From a bacterium (GTDB lineage Bacteria; Hydrothermota; UBA3073; JACQXS01; JAQTXJ01), in assembly GCA_028716385.1 (NCBI GenBank), contig JAQUPX010000001.1, positions 827,674-891,673 of the forward strand: 64,000 nucleotides of DNA, in the 5' to 3' direction. A program made the position numbers and the translations under genes. The first letter of the stretch is position 1. Each line of letters starts with the position of its first letter. The notes beneath the pieces were generated by a model. The model made no database searches and had not been told where the DNA came from. It was given only the letters and a program-made list of their open reading frames with translations. Below, one piece after another: positions 1-10,439 of this stretch.

Positions 1-1063
1 AAGAACGGCAAAAGATATTGCAATACAGGTGGATTCTATTGGTGGGGAACTAAATGGTTTTACGGCGCATGAATTTACGTATTTTTATGCAAGATGTATG
101 GATGAACATTTTGAATTTGTATGGGATATTCTTTCGGATATAGTAAAAAATGCCAAATTTGAGTCAGAGCAGATAGAATTAGAAAGGAATGTTATACTTG
201 AAGAAATCAAAAGTTTTAACGATTCCCCATCCGAGCAGGCTTTACATATTCTGTCGCAATTATTGTTTGATTCACATCCGTTTGCCCGTTCAATTGCAGG
301 TCCTGAGGATAATGTAAAGAGATTTTCACAGGAAGATATTTTAAAGTTCAGAAACTCTCATTACAAAGCGCCCGGGATTATAGCAGTTGCATCAGGTGCA
401 ATACAACATAAGAATTTTACTGAGCTTGTATCTAAAACACTGAAGTTTCCAAAAGAAGATTTATCTGCAAGAAATAATGTTTTACCTGAAAATTTATCTT
501 CAAAAATCAGACAATTAGAGAAGAAAGATATCTCCCAGATTCATTTGGCTATGGGGACTAAAACTATAGAATACAAACATAAAGATAGGTATGCGTGGTC
601 AATTCTAACTACTATTATGGGTGGAGGAATGAGTTCAAGACTATTTCAAAGATTACGCGAAAAAGAAGGTCTGGTTTATGAAGCATTGTCTTTTCTTGAA
701 CTTTTTAGTGATACAGGAATATTTGGGACGTATCTTGTTACTGACCCTAAGAATGTGAATAAAGCAATTGATTGCGTGTGGGATGAATTTGAACAGCTCC
801 GGAAAAATGGGTTGGAAAAAAAAGAGTTGAGTCGAACGAAAGGACAGTTGAAAGGGAATCTAATGTTAAGTTTAGAATCTACATCTTCAAGAGTTGCAAG
901 TTTATTGACCAATGAAATGCATCTTGGAAAATATGTATCTCCCGAAGAAACGATAAAAAACATTGATAAAGTAAGCGCGGAGGATGTTTTAGAGATAGCA
1001 GATAAATACCTCGTCCCTGAAATTTACGCTATCTCAAAAGTAGGACCACTAAACCTAGAGTAG
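1..1063 (+). CDS. M16 (insulinase/pitrilysin) family zinc peptidase, 5'-truncated by window edge
   Basis: The frame is open from nt 2. The ORF track's 29..1063 is an internal GTG. Translation ...AKDIAIQVDSIGGELNGFTAHEFTYFYAR... is the conserved M16 ExxGGxxNAxTxxExTxY region followed by the second (inactive-half) domain. TAG stop at 1061-1063. Confidence 0.8.
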   Translation, partial: RTAKDIAIQVDSIGGELNGFTAHEFTYFYARCMDEHFEFVWDILSDIVKNAKFESEQIELERNVILEEIKSFNDSPSEQALHILSQLLFDSHPFARSIAGPEDNVKRFSQEDILKFRNSHYKAPGIIAVASGAIQHKNFTELVSKTLKFPKEDLSARNNVLPENLSSKIRQLEKKDISQIHLAMGTKTIEYKHKDRYAWSILTTIMGGGMSSRLFQRLREKEGLVYEALSFLELFSDTGIFGTYLVTDPKNVNKAIDCVWDEFEQLRKNGLEKKELSRTKGQLKGNLMLSLESTSSRVASLLTNEMHLGKYVSPEETIKNIDKVSAEDVLEIADKYLVPEIYAISKVGPLNLE

Positions 1064-1234
1064 CGTTATCATTAAAGGGCGGGTTAAGTTTCTCACCGCA
1101 ATTTTTCCAAAACAGAAGGATAGAATATCGTTTTAATTCCCCATTTTTGTCTCTTTTGGTAGAAGTTTGCCTAAGTGGAATGATAAATTTTTTAGTTGCC
1201 GATTTTAATTCTAAGATTTAAGGTTTAAATTACG

Positions 1235-2416
1235 ATGGAGATGGAACATTCCGCCCTGGCGGAGATTGAGTTCAGGGATTTAAAAGGAGCTGTTATTCAC
1301 GATTTCCCTTACAAAAAGGCAAATCGTAAATGCCCGCATACTGCGCTTATATCAATTACACATTCGGGAGCTTGTGTTCATAATTGCCCTATGTGCTATG
1401 CGCGAGCATACCCATGGTCAATAGAAAATAAATTAATCGTTTATAAAAATTTAATCCCTAAATTGGAATCTGAGATAAATCAAGCAAATATATTACCGCC
1501 ATTTTATATATCTCAGGTAAGTGATGCGCTACAACCCGTTCCTGAAATACGGAAGATTACATTTGATATAGTAAGATTACTTGTAAAATATAAATTAAGT
1601 TTTAGAATTATAACTAAATCTGCCGATGGGGCAATGGATTTATTGCAAGAGATCCCGGAGTTAATAAAATATCCTTATTGGTATATTGCAATTACGGTTG
1701 AGGCAACGGAGGAAAAACAGGAAATTACGTCTCCCGGGGCATCTAATATTAGGAATAGGCTAAATGCAATAAAAGAATTGACGAATGCCGGCGTATCGGT
1801 TGTCGGCAGAACTGACCCAACAATATTAGGATTTATGAGTATGGAAGAAGTATGTGGAAATATAAGACAACTTGCTTCTGCAGGGGCAAAACATATAATT
1901 GGATCTCTTGGATATTATAATGTTTTGTCTATGGGCAGATTAGTTAATGCATTAGAAAATTCACAATGGCGGGATTCCATCCCTTTAATAGAGAAGTTCT
2001 ATGGGATCAAAGCGGACAAATTAAATACTTATCCGACGAATAAGCGATTTATGACATCATTATCTACTCGTATAAAATTTCATGCTATATTGAAAAGTAC
2101 AGCAGAACAAAGTGGTTTAACCTATGCGGTATGTCTTGAGTTGCCCAGTAAGTATGATTCAAGCGATATTAAAACTTGCGAAGCAATGCCAAATAATTTT
2201 GTTCATATTAAAGGAAATGACGGAGAGTTTCAACCTATAAACTGTGTGGCTGACTGCATCAGAAGCTGCCCGGACATTCAAAAGCCATTGTGTGCAGTAA
2301 ATGGGAAAATACCTTTTCAAAATTACCCGTATAAGTTAAAAGATTTAAAAAAGGTAAAAAATTCTTTTGTACCAACCCGCTGTCAAAATAGTGAAAAACA
2401 ATATAAATTTCATTAG
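1235..2416 (+). CDS. radical SAM domain protein (possibly SPL/photolyase-like subfamily)
   Basis: 393 aa ORF with a CxxxCxxC cluster (GACVHNCPMCYARAY) near the N-terminus and a Cys-rich C-terminal region. Subfamily assignment is from memory only. Confidence 0.6.
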   Translation: MEMEHSALAEIEFRDLKGAVIHDFPYKKANRKCPHTALISITHSGACVHNCPMCYARAYPWSIENKLIVYKNLIPKLESEINQANILPPFYISQVSDALQPVPEIRKITFDIVRLLVKYKLSFRIITKSADGAMDLLQEIPELIKYPYWYIAITVEATEEKQEITSPGASNIRNRLNAIKELTNAGVSVVGRTDPTILGFMSMEEVCGNIRQLASAGAKHIIGSLGYYNVLSMGRLVNALENSQWRDSIPLIEKFYGIKADKLNTYPTNKRFMTSLSTRIKFHAILKSTAEQSGLTYAVCLELPSKYDSSDIKTCEAMPNNFVHIKGNDGEFQPINCVADCIRSCPDIQKPLCAVNGKIPFQNYPYKLKDLKKVKNSFVPTRCQNSEKQYKFH

Positions 2417-2535
2417 CTTATTGGTATCCGGCAGAATTGGATAGGAATCTCTAAGGACTTAGTCCAAGAACTTCGTATAATTCCAACTAAGCTAACTAAA
2501 CAGATTGTTAGCAAGTTGGTATTATGTAAAAAATA

Positions 2536-2564
2536 TTGACAGACCGTTAAAAGGGAAATACTAT
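2536..2564 (+). promoter_or_regulatory. candidate sigma-70-type promoter (TTGACA-17 nt-TACTAT) for the 2591 gene
   Basis: TTGACA at 2536-2541, a 17-nt spacer, then TACTAT at 2559-2564. A purine-rich RBS precedes the ATG at 2591. Promoter calls in an AT-rich genome are weak. Confidence 0.35.
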
Positions 2565-2590
2565 ATTATGAAAGTGTTAGAAAGGAAAAT

Positions 2591-3100
2591 ATGAACAAAA
2601 AAATATTTTATGTTTTTTGTCTCTCTATTCTTATCACACAATCGGGAGTTTTTACAAATTCCTGTTTCGCTAAAAGCAATTCTACCGTACCGGCAATAGA
2701 TAGTAAAATGTTTATCCCGGGATTGCCTCAATTGGAAAAAGGCGAAACAATGAAGGCTTACGGAATAATGGGCGGAGAAGCCGTTACTTTACTTTCGGGA
2801 TTAATATTTATGGTAAGCAGTAATAGTGAGTACAATAAGTATCAATCCCTGGATTCTACCACTGCGCCTGCAGAATTCGATAACCATTACAACAAATCAA
2901 ATTCTTACGGGACAATCAGTATAGCAAGTTTTGTGCTTATGGCAGGCATATATGCATACTCGGTTGCGGATGCAATGTTTTTGTCCAAACCATCGCCTAA
3001 AGCAGTAAAAAAACATTATAAAAAAGTAAAAAAATATGGATTATCTTTTGAACCTCAGGGGAACGGCATAGTTTTATGCGCGAGGAGGACTTATGAATAA
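2591..3100 (+). CDS. hypothetical secreted/membrane protein
   Basis: 169 aa. N-terminal signal-like hydrophobic segment (MNKKIFYVFCLSILITQSGVFTNSCFA) and an internal hydrophobic stretch. No recognisable catalytic motif. Confidence 0.4.
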   Translation: MNKKIFYVFCLSILITQSGVFTNSCFAKSNSTVPAIDSKMFIPGLPQLEKGETMKAYGIMGGEAVTLLSGLIFMVSSNSEYNKYQSLDSTTAPAEFDNHYNKSNSYGTISIASFVLMAGIYAYSVADAMFLSKPSPKAVKKHYKKVKKYGLSFEPQGNGIVLCARRTYE

Positions 3101-3878
3101 TAAATTCTGTTGCTTGATTCTTGTTCCACTTATTGTCTTTGGTGTTGCGGGTTGTAAGAGAACGAGAAATAATCCGTATGACCCATTGAATAGCACTAAT
3201 AATGGCAACAATGGTAATGGAACAGAGACGACAACGGGCGCTTCTTATAGAACCGTGTTAATAGAAGAATTTACTAGCACGGGCTGACCAAGCTGCCCTC
3301 CTACAGCCAGTGCGCTGCATACCTTGGAAAACGAAGCAAAAGATTCCTTGATTGTTCTTGCTTTTCATGCCGGTGGTTCTTTTGCGGGTCCGGTTTCTGC
3401 AAGAGGAGATCTTTATTCCGTAAAAAGCACTCCTACTACTGTATGTGATGGATTTGCACCAAGAGTCGGACAACCCCCTACTGTTCATAGAACCGATTTT
3501 AATACTCGAAAAGTTGTCCCAATGTCTCTTAAAATTGGACTCGGAGGTTCTTCTTACACTGCTTCTTCAAAAAGCGGAACTGTCAAAGTTCATATTACGA
3601 ATACAACGGGTGCTGCAATAACCGGAACTATGTACGTTGTGCTTGTTGAAACTAATATTGCTTATTCATGGCAGGGTGAAAGTACTTTGTATAATGTCGT
3701 GAGGGATATGTTGCCCGACCCAACCGGAAAATCCGTATCCATACCGGCAAATGGTTCACTTGATGAAACAAGAGCTTTTACCATTGGCGCAAGTTGCAAT
3801 GCCAGTAATTGCAGTATTGTTGTTTTTATACAGGCAAGCTCTAAAGAAATATACCAGGCTGCAAGATATAAGTGGTAA
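3093..3878 (+). CDS. thioredoxin-like (TlpA/ResA-type) lipoprotein interrupted by one in-frame TGA (3285-3287). Candidate selenocysteine codon, or otherwise a pseudogene.
   Basis: ORFs 3093..3287 and 3324..3878 share the same frame and are separated only by TGA. The joined translation reads ...RTVLIEEFTSTG-[TGA]-PSCPPTASALHTLENEAKDSLIVLAFHAGG... This is the beta-strand / CxxC / helix / beta-strand layout of a Trx fold, with the TGA at the first redox position (UPSC). Lipobox VAGC at the N-terminus. Confidence 0.4.
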
Positions 3879-3913
3879 AGCTATTTAGTTAAGTTTTTAT
3901 AGGAATCCTTATT

Positions 3914-5581
3914 ATGATTATTTTTTATTTTCTTGCATTGAATTTGTGGTCTCAAACTAATTGGTCCGGCGGAAGTGGCCAGCTTTTATGGTCGGATACT
4001 ACAAAATTCTTTAATAAGAAAAATGTTAATTATTCAAGACTCCCGGGAAGTATTTTACTTGAGGCTCCCTATGGATGGCAGAATACGGGGCAACTTGAAG
4101 GTGCACAAAATATATGGGCTCTTGCTAAAACTTACGATAATGTGCTTTATGCCGGTGGCGATAGTGCGGCACTTAAAGGATTTGTTTTTAAAACTACGGA
4201 TTACGGAAACAACTGGACGGATATGGAAGTCCCTTCCTGCAATTGGGTACATAGTTTGCTAATTCAAGATACTGTATTATATGCAGGAACTGATGTCGGA
4301 GTGTTCAAATATACTACAAGCTGGAGTTCTACAAATTTAACGAAATCCGTAAACGCTTTGCTTATTGCAAAAAACGGTACGTTCTATGCGGGAACGGGAG
4401 ATGGGGAAATTTATAAATCATCGGATGGTAGCGTTTGGACTGCCGTAACTGTCAATAATGGAACACGAATATGGAAAATCGTCGAAGATTCCGAGAATAA
4501 CCTATATGCGGGCGGAAGTAGGGTCGTTAAAAAAGATACGATTTCAGGAGTATTTAAATCCACGGACGGACTTGTTTTTGATACGACAATGTTTCCACAT
4601 ATAGATAAAGTTGTTTATTCACTTGCTATGTGTGATTCTATAATTTATGCAGGAACAGGCCCTGATTTGGGAAAAGTTTTCAAAAGCAGTAACAAAGGTG
4701 TTAGTTGGGATACTACGCAAACACTATCTTATACCTATTTTGTCTATTCTTTATTAAAAGGGGATAATAATGTAATTTATGCAGGAGTGGGAAACCAAGG
4801 CGGTTATTTGTATAAATCCGTTAATGGCACAAGTTGGACTTCCGAACAGATAGATGTCCAGATAAGTTCAATATATTCCATAATACAAACTAAGAATGGT
4901 TTTTTATATCTTGGCTCTAATGCGGGAATGGCTGGTGACGGTAGAGTGTCAAGAGCCGGTTATTTTACTTCGGGCTCGTTTAGATCATCAGTGTTTATAG
5001 CAGACTCGGGAAATAATATTGATTACGGACAAGTTATATGGGATGCATCTTTGAATACCGGAACTATGGAAGTCTGGGTAAGAACAAATACTAAAGAGGA
5101 TATGTATGAAGTAGGAGTAGATTCGGTTCGCATAATGAATTCCGGGGATACGATACCCGATAGCTTTAACAATAAAGGATATATTCAGTATCAGGTTAAA
5201 TTCGCTACTCCAACCTCTGATTTAACACCAATTCTAAACTCAATCGAAATTGAATTTACTCCTAAAATAGGGATAGAAGAAAAATCAAATATTAAAAATC
5301 AAATATTAAAAATAGAAGCTTACCCAAATCCATTTGTTGAGAACGCCGTTATCAGTTATTCCGCCTCAGGTGGATTTCGCTCTGCTCAACAAGAGAAAGA
5401 TAAAGAAACAGAAATACGGATTTATGATATAAGTGGAAGAACTGTATATAAAGTTGACAAATTAAATAAATCGTCTAAAAGTTTAGTATGGTCACCTAAA
5501 ACCTGCCCTGCAGGTATATACTTTGTAGAAGTCAAATCGGCGGATTATAAACTAATAAAAAAATTGGTGAAAATTAAATAA
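3914..5581 (+). CDS. secreted beta-propeller repeat protein (BNR/YAGT-type repeats) with T9SS C-terminal sorting domain
   Basis: 555 aa. Repeated ...YAGT/YAGG... blades. C-terminus ...IRIYDISGRTVYKV...GIYFVEVKSADYKLIKKLVKIK matches the Por secretion tail pattern. Confidence 0.6.
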   Translation: MIIFYFLALNLWSQTNWSGGSGQLLWSDTTKFFNKKNVNYSRLPGSILLEAPYGWQNTGQLEGAQNIWALAKTYDNVLYAGGDSAALKGFVFKTTDYGNNWTDMEVPSCNWVHSLLIQDTVLYAGTDVGVFKYTTSWSSTNLTKSVNALLIAKNGTFYAGTGDGEIYKSSDGSVWTAVTVNNGTRIWKIVEDSENNLYAGGSRVVKKDTISGVFKSTDGLVFDTTMFPHIDKVVYSLAMCDSIIYAGTGPDLGKVFKSSNKGVSWDTTQTLSYTYFVYSLLKGDNNVIYAGVGNQGGYLYKSVNGTSWTSEQIDVQISSIYSIIQTKNGFLYLGSNAGMAGDGRVSRAGYFTSGSFRSSVFIADSGNNIDYGQVIWDASLNTGTMEVWVRTNTKEDMYEVGVDSVRIMNSGDTIPDSFNNKGYIQYQVKFATPTSDLTPILNSIEIEFTPKIGIEEKSNIKNQILKIEAYPNPFVENAVISYSASGGFRSAQQEKDKETEIRIYDISGRTVYKVDKLNKSSKSLVWSPKTCPAGIYFVEVKSADYKLIKKLVKIK

Positions 5582-6661
5582 ATGGACGAAAAAATAGAAA
5601 ATACTAATTCAATTCCGGCTGACTTGGGTGAAGAAACACTTGATGCAAGATTGACTACTCCCGTAAGAATAGCAGGTGAAGAGGAAGTCGAGTTTTCATT
5701 AAGACCTAAAAAACTTGAAGATTTTGTCGGGCAGGAAAGATTAAAAGAAAACTTATCAATATTTATTCAGGCTGCCAAATCCCGCGATGAACCGCTTACC
5801 CATGTTTTGTTTTTTGGCCCGCCGGGACTCGGGAAAACTACGCTTGCCTACATAATAGCAAATGAATTAGGTGTCGATATTATACCTACTTCGGGACCTG
5901 TGATTGAGCGAATTGGTGACCTTGCCGGTATATTAACGCGCTTGAAATCTAAAGATACCTTCTTTATTGATGAAATACATAGGCTTGATAAACAGGCGGA
6001 AGAATATCTTTACCCTGCTATGGAAGATTATAGAATAGAAATTATGATTGACCAGGGGGCAAATGCAAGGTCAGTAACACTGAATCTTTCCCCGTTTACT
6101 TTAATCGGCGCAACAACCCGCTCGGGACTTCTATCTGCGCCAATGAGGTCAAGGTTTGAACTTACGTTCAGATTGGATTTCTATTCGCCGGAAGATTTGG
6201 AACTTATCGTAACGAGAACCGCAAAACTTTTGGAAACGTCAATAGATAAGGCAAGCGCTTATGAAATTGCGCGCAGGGCAAGAGGAACGCCAAGAATCGC
6301 AAACAGATTGTTAAAAAGAATAAGAGATTATGCTCAGGTAAAAGGTGATGGGACCATAAATCTTGAACTTACAAGATATGCTCTTACACAACTTAACGTT
6401 GATGAAAGAGGACTTGATGAAATGGACGAAAAAATACTCAACACAATAATAGATAAATACCAGGGTGGACCTGTAGGATTAGGAACAATCGGGGCCTCAA
6501 TAGGTGAAGACCCCCAAACTATAGAAGAAATGTTTGAACCGTATCTTTTACAACAGGGGTTCATAAAAAGAACACCCAAAGGAAGAGTCGCTACCCCGAT
6601 TGCTTACGAACATCTTGGTAAAAAAATGAAACCTGCATCAGGTGGATTATTTGAAAAATAA
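5582..6661 (+). CDS. ruvB: Holliday junction branch migration ATPase RuvB
   Basis: 359 aa. Walker [25 protein letters not shown], and an arginine finger region. Canonical RuvB throughout. Confidence 0.95.
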   Translation: MDEKIENTNSIPADLGEETLDARLTTPVRIAGEEEVEFSLRPKKLEDFVGQERLKENLSIFIQAAKSRDEPLTHVLFFGPPGLGKTTLAYIIANELGVDIIPTSGPVIERIGDLAGILTRLKSKDTFFIDEIHRLDKQAEEYLYPAMEDYRIEIMIDQGANARSVTLNLSPFTLIGATTRSGLLSAPMRSRFELTFRLDFYSPEDLELIVTRTAKLLETSIDKASAYEIARRARGTPRIANRLLKRIRDYAQVKGDGTINLELTRYALTQLNVDERGLDEMDEKILNTIIDKYQGGPVGLGTIGASIGEDPQTIEEMFEPYLLQQGFIKRTPKGRVATPIAYEHLGKKMKPASGGLFEK

Positions 6662-6675
6662 AAGAAAGGAGCAAA

Positions 6676-8058
6676 ATGTTTAACCCGGATATATTTAGAA
6701 CGTATGATATAAGAGGTCTTGCAGATACGGAACTCACTGACGATGTCGTTTATGAATTAGGACTTGCCTACGGCGTATATATAAAATCCAAAATCTCAAA
6801 TTCGAAATCTAAAATTAAGGTTGGAGTAGGCCGCGATGTTCGTTTATCTTCGGATAGGATATCGAAAACTCTCATTAAAGGCATTATTGACTCAAATCTG
6901 GACGTTACTGACGTAGGAGTTGTGCCAACACCTGTGCTGTATTTTTCTGTTTTTAAGTATAATTATGATGGCGGAATTATGATTACGGGCAGCCATAATC
7001 CAAAAGAATACAATGGCTTTAAAGTTTTGGTAGGAAAAGAAACTATTTATGGAGATGAAATACAAAATCTCAGGAAATGTATGGAAAAACTGGGAAACGA
7101 AAAACAGGAAATAACCCTAAAAGGGACGTTAACTAATTTTAGCCCGGTAAAAGATTATATAGATTTAATTAAAACAAAAATAGATGTTAAACCAAAAAGT
7201 AAATTTATTATAGACCCGGGAAACGGAACTTGCGGTCCCATAACTATGCAGATTTTTAAAGAATTAGGATGTGACGTGGAAGGTATAAATTGTGTCCCGG
7301 ATGGTAATTTCCCCGCGCATTTGCCCGATCCTACGGTTCCAAAATATATGACACAGTTGGTAAATCGTGTGCGTGAAACAAAAGCGGATTTAGGAATCGG
7401 ATATGATGGAGATGGAGATAGAATCGGCGTAGTTGATGAATTGGGGAACGTAATATGGGGAGATAAATTGCTGGGCGTTTTTGCAAAATATGTTCTCAAG
7501 GATAAACCCGGTTCATCCATAATATTTGAAGTTAAATGCTCGCAGGGATTGGTGGAATACATAAAATCATTGGGTGGAAATCCCGTTATGTGGAAAGCAG
7601 GACATTCGTTGATAAAAGCAAAAATGAAAGAGTTGAATGCCCCGCTTGCAGGCGAAATGTCGGGGCATATGTTCTTTGCCCATAATTACTATGGCTATGA
7701 TGATGCCATATTTGCAAGTATTAAAGTGCTGGAAATATTATCCAAAGATAAAAGACCTATATCGGAAATAGTTAATGAAATACCGTCTTACTTCTCAACT
7801 CCTGAAATAAGAGTGGATTCGGATGATAAAACAAAATTTGAAGTAGTGGAAAAACTTAAAAATTATTTTAGGGGGCGATATCCTATAATAGATATAGATG
7901 GCGTACGAATACAGTTTGACGACGGATTCGGACTTGTGCGAGCTTCAAATACTCAACCCGTGTTAGTGCTGAGGTTTGAAGCCCAGACGGAAAAAAGATT
8001 AAACGAAATGCAAGCCGAAGTAATGGGGAAACTGAACGAACTGCTAAAAAAAGCATAG
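6676..8058 (+). CDS. phosphomannomutase/phosphoglucomutase (alpha-D-phosphohexomutase family)
   Basis: 460 aa. Active-site loop ITGSHNPKEYNGFK and metal-binding GYDGDGDR. Confidence 0.85.
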   Translation: MFNPDIFRTYDIRGLADTELTDDVVYELGLAYGVYIKSKISNSKSKIKVGVGRDVRLSSDRISKTLIKGIIDSNLDVTDVGVVPTPVLYFSVFKYNYDGGIMITGSHNPKEYNGFKVLVGKETIYGDEIQNLRKCMEKLGNEKQEITLKGTLTNFSPVKDYIDLIKTKIDVKPKSKFIIDPGNGTCGPITMQIFKELGCDVEGINCVPDGNFPAHLPDPTVPKYMTQLVNRVRETKADLGIGYDGDGDRIGVVDELGNVIWGDKLLGVFAKYVLKDKPGSSIIFEVKCSQGLVEYIKSLGGNPVMWKAGHSLIKAKMKELNAPLAGEMSGHMFFAHNYYGYDDAIFASIKVLEILSKDKRPISEIVNEIPSYFSTPEIRVDSDDKTKFEVVEKLKNYFRGRYPIIDIDGVRIQFDDGFGLVRASNTQPVLVLRFEAQTEKRLNEMQAEVMGKLNELLKKA

Positions 8059-8088
8059 TATGTTTATGCGAAATATTTTTTAAGAATA

Positions 8089-8832
8089 ATGGAAAAATTG
8101 TTTTTTCTTGTTTTGTTTGTTATTATAGGAAGCGTTGGTTCGGTTATTGCCGCAAGTTTGTTCTTGTTTTTTCCAAAAACTATAAGAGAATCAATGGTGC
8201 CGAGTTTGGTAAGTTATGCCATAGGCGCTTTATTAGGAGCAGCTTTTTTAAATTTAATACCGGAAGCATTAGAAAATATTAATGTCGGTTCCTTTTTTAT
8301 GACTATGCTTGTCGGGATCATTTTGTTTTTTATTCTTGAGAAACTTGTAATCTGGCGTCATTGCCATAACAAAGAATGCCATGTCCATTCTCAAACCGGG
8401 CCGCTTATTTTGATAGGAGATAGTTTTCATAATTTTGTTGACGGTGTTGTATTGGCTTCCTCGTTTTTAGTTTCTATCCCGGTGGGAATAACAACGGGCA
8501 TAGCTATAATCGGACATGAAATTCCTCAGGAAGTGGGCGATTTTGCTATTCTTCTTAATAGCGGTTATTCAAGAAAAAAAGCTATATTTTATAACGTAAT
8601 TTCTTCTCTTGTAAGTATTCCTGCGGCTATCGGAGGATATTTTATGCTCGGGACTATGAAAACTCTTATCCCTTACATTATGGCAATAGGTGCGGCAAGT
8701 TTTTTATATATAGCAATAGGAGATCTGATACCGGGATTGCAAGAGAGAGTTGGCATGGGGGATACCGTTATACAGGTTTTACTTATAATAGCAGGAATTA
8801 TGACTATTTTATTATTTCCTCATCATCATTAA
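8089..8832 (+). CDS. ZIP family metal (Zn/Fe) transporter
   Basis: 247 aa polytopic membrane protein with HEIPQEVGDFAILL and a His-rich loop (HCHNKECHVH). Ends in HHH. Confidence 0.8.
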   Translation: MEKLFFLVLFVIIGSVGSVIAASLFLFFPKTIRESMVPSLVSYAIGALLGAAFLNLIPEALENINVGSFFMTMLVGIILFFILEKLVIWRHCHNKECHVHSQTGPLILIGDSFHNFVDGVVLASSFLVSIPVGITTGIAIIGHEIPQEVGDFAILLNSGYSRKKAIFYNVISSLVSIPAAIGGYFMLGTMKTLIPYIMAIGAASFLYIAIGDLIPGLQERVGMGDTVIQVLLIIAGIMTILLFPHHH

Positions 8833-8844
8833 AAGGAGAGAAAA

Positions 8845-9780
8845 ATGAGTGAACTTGGTTCGTTAAGATTGGCTTATGGTCAAGCTTTAGTTGAACTTGG
8901 AGAAAAAGATCCGAATATTGTAGTTCTTGATGCGGATTTATCCGCCTCTACCCATACGTATATGTTTCGGGAGAAATTTCCGGAAAGGTTTTTCAATATG
9001 GGAATAGCAGAGGCAGATATGATTTGCACTGCGGCAGGATTGGCAAGTTGCGGAAAAACGGTATTTGCTTCCACATTTGCAGTTTTTGCTACGGGAAGAG
9101 CGTGGGACCAGATAAGATTGTCTATTTCATATCAAAAATTACCGGTTAAGATAGTTGCAACACATGGTGGACTTGGAGTTGGACCTGATGGATACTCTCA
9201 CCAGGCAATTGAAGATATCGGATTAATGAGACTTCTACCCGGTATGAAAGTCGTTGCGCCTTGCGATGCCGTGCAGACAAAAGCAGTTATTCACGCCGTT
9301 GCTAAGGAACCGGGACCTTTTTATGTAAGAGTTTTGAAACAACTGTTGCCGCCAATTTATAAAGAAGGTTATGAATTTAAATTAGGTTCCTCGAATTTAT
9401 TGACGGATGGGAAAGATGTTACGATAGGTACTTACGGTATGATGGTTGCGGAAGCTCTTAAAGTACAAAAATCATTGGAAGCTATGAACATATCTGCAAG
9501 AGTAATCGATTTTGCATCCATTAAACCAGTAGATAAATCCGCCATTATGAAAGCCTGTGACGAAACCGGCGCTTTCGTTACCTGTGAAGACCATACAGTA
9601 ATAGGTGGGCTTGGTGATGCGGTCGCAGAAATAATTTTAGCGTATAAACCGATACCGCATCTAAGAATCGGTATGCAAGATAGATTCAGTGAATCAGGTT
9701 CGGCATCGGATTTGTACGAAAAGTACGGTTTGACCGCGAAACACATTACACAAAAGATAAAAGACTTTTTAGAAAAATAA
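8845..9780 (+). CDS. transketolase, C-terminal (pyrimidine-binding plus C-terminal domain) subunit of a split transketolase
   Basis: 311 aa. FNMGIAEADMI..., ATHGGLGVGPDGYSHQAIEDI. No N-terminal subunit gene is adjacent. Confidence 0.85.
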   Translation: MSELGSLRLAYGQALVELGEKDPNIVVLDADLSASTHTYMFREKFPERFFNMGIAEADMICTAAGLASCGKTVFASTFAVFATGRAWDQIRLSISYQKLPVKIVATHGGLGVGPDGYSHQAIEDIGLMRLLPGMKVVAPCDAVQTKAVIHAVAKEPGPFYVRVLKQLLPPIYKEGYEFKLGSSNLLTDGKDVTIGTYGMMVAEALKVQKSLEAMNISARVIDFASIKPVDKSAIMKACDETGAFVTCEDHTVIGGLGDAVAEIILAYKPIPHLRIGMQDRFSESGSASDLYEKYGLTAKHITQKIKDFLEK

Positions 9781-9782
9781 AA

Positions 9783-10439
9783 ATGATAGAACTTAAAGAC
9801 GTTTGTAAATTTAATCTTAAAAACATAAATTTCAAAATAGAAAAGAATGACTGGTTTGCTATTCTGGGACACAATGGTGCGGGTAAAACTACTATTTTGA
9901 AATTGATTTATGGTGTTGTGAAACCGGATAAAGGAAATATAAGTTTATTTGAGAACAAAATAAAACAAGCTTCAATAAAGAAAAAAATAGGTTTTATTGC
10001 GCAGGATGGCGGGGTTCTTGATAATAAAGACGTTATTTCAAATTTATCCATACCTCTGAAATTAAACCGTAAATACAGTAAAAATAAAGTCTCTACGCTT
10101 ATTGATAAATTAGGACTCGGTGAGTTTACCAAATTAAAAGCTTGTGAACTGCCAGCTTCCAGACGCCAGCTGCTTAAAATCGGAATTGCTGTTTCTAAAG
10201 AGCCATTGGTATTGTTAGCGGATGAACCTATGGAACATCTGGATAATGAAAAATCCGAACTTGTTCTCTCTTTATTTAATGAGTTGCATTTGATTGGAAC
10301 GACTATTGTTTTCACTACTTCCAAATCCGTCCCCGAGTATTTTACAAAAGGAATAAGTTTAAAAAACGGTGAAATTATAGAAGAATTAATAAATAAGAAA
10401 GAAGTTTCCGAAATAGAAGACTGGAAGGTGGAAGACTGA
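9783..10439 (+). CDS. FtsE-like ABC ATPase with degenerate signature motif and H-loop
   Basis: 218 aa, collinear with FtsE. Walker A GHNGAGKTT, Q-loop AQDGG, Walker B LLADEP. The LSGGQ position reads LPASRRQ and the H-loop His is absent (TTSKS). TGA stop overlaps the next ATG (cTGATGa). Confidence 0.7.
   Translation: MIELKDVCKFNLKNINFKIEKNDWFAILGHNGAGKTTILKLIYGVVKPDKGNISLFENKIKQASIKKKIGFIAQDGGVLDNKDVISNLSIPLKLNRKYSKNKVSTLIDKLGLGEFTKLKACELPASRRQLLKIGIAVSKEPLVLLADEPMEHLDNEKSELVLSLFNELHLIGTTIVFTTSKSVPEYFTKGISLKNGEIIEELINKKEVSEIEDWKVED

Noticed and set aside
676-963. Numerous 60-170 aa antisense ORFs inside long genes (e.g. 676..963, 7155..7562, 9908..10504, 14238..14741, 44019..44492)
   Set aside because: They are embedded in well-supported longer genes on the opposite strand, have low-complexity or Ser/Pro/Cys-rich composition, and have no RBS. 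I treated them as frame noise.
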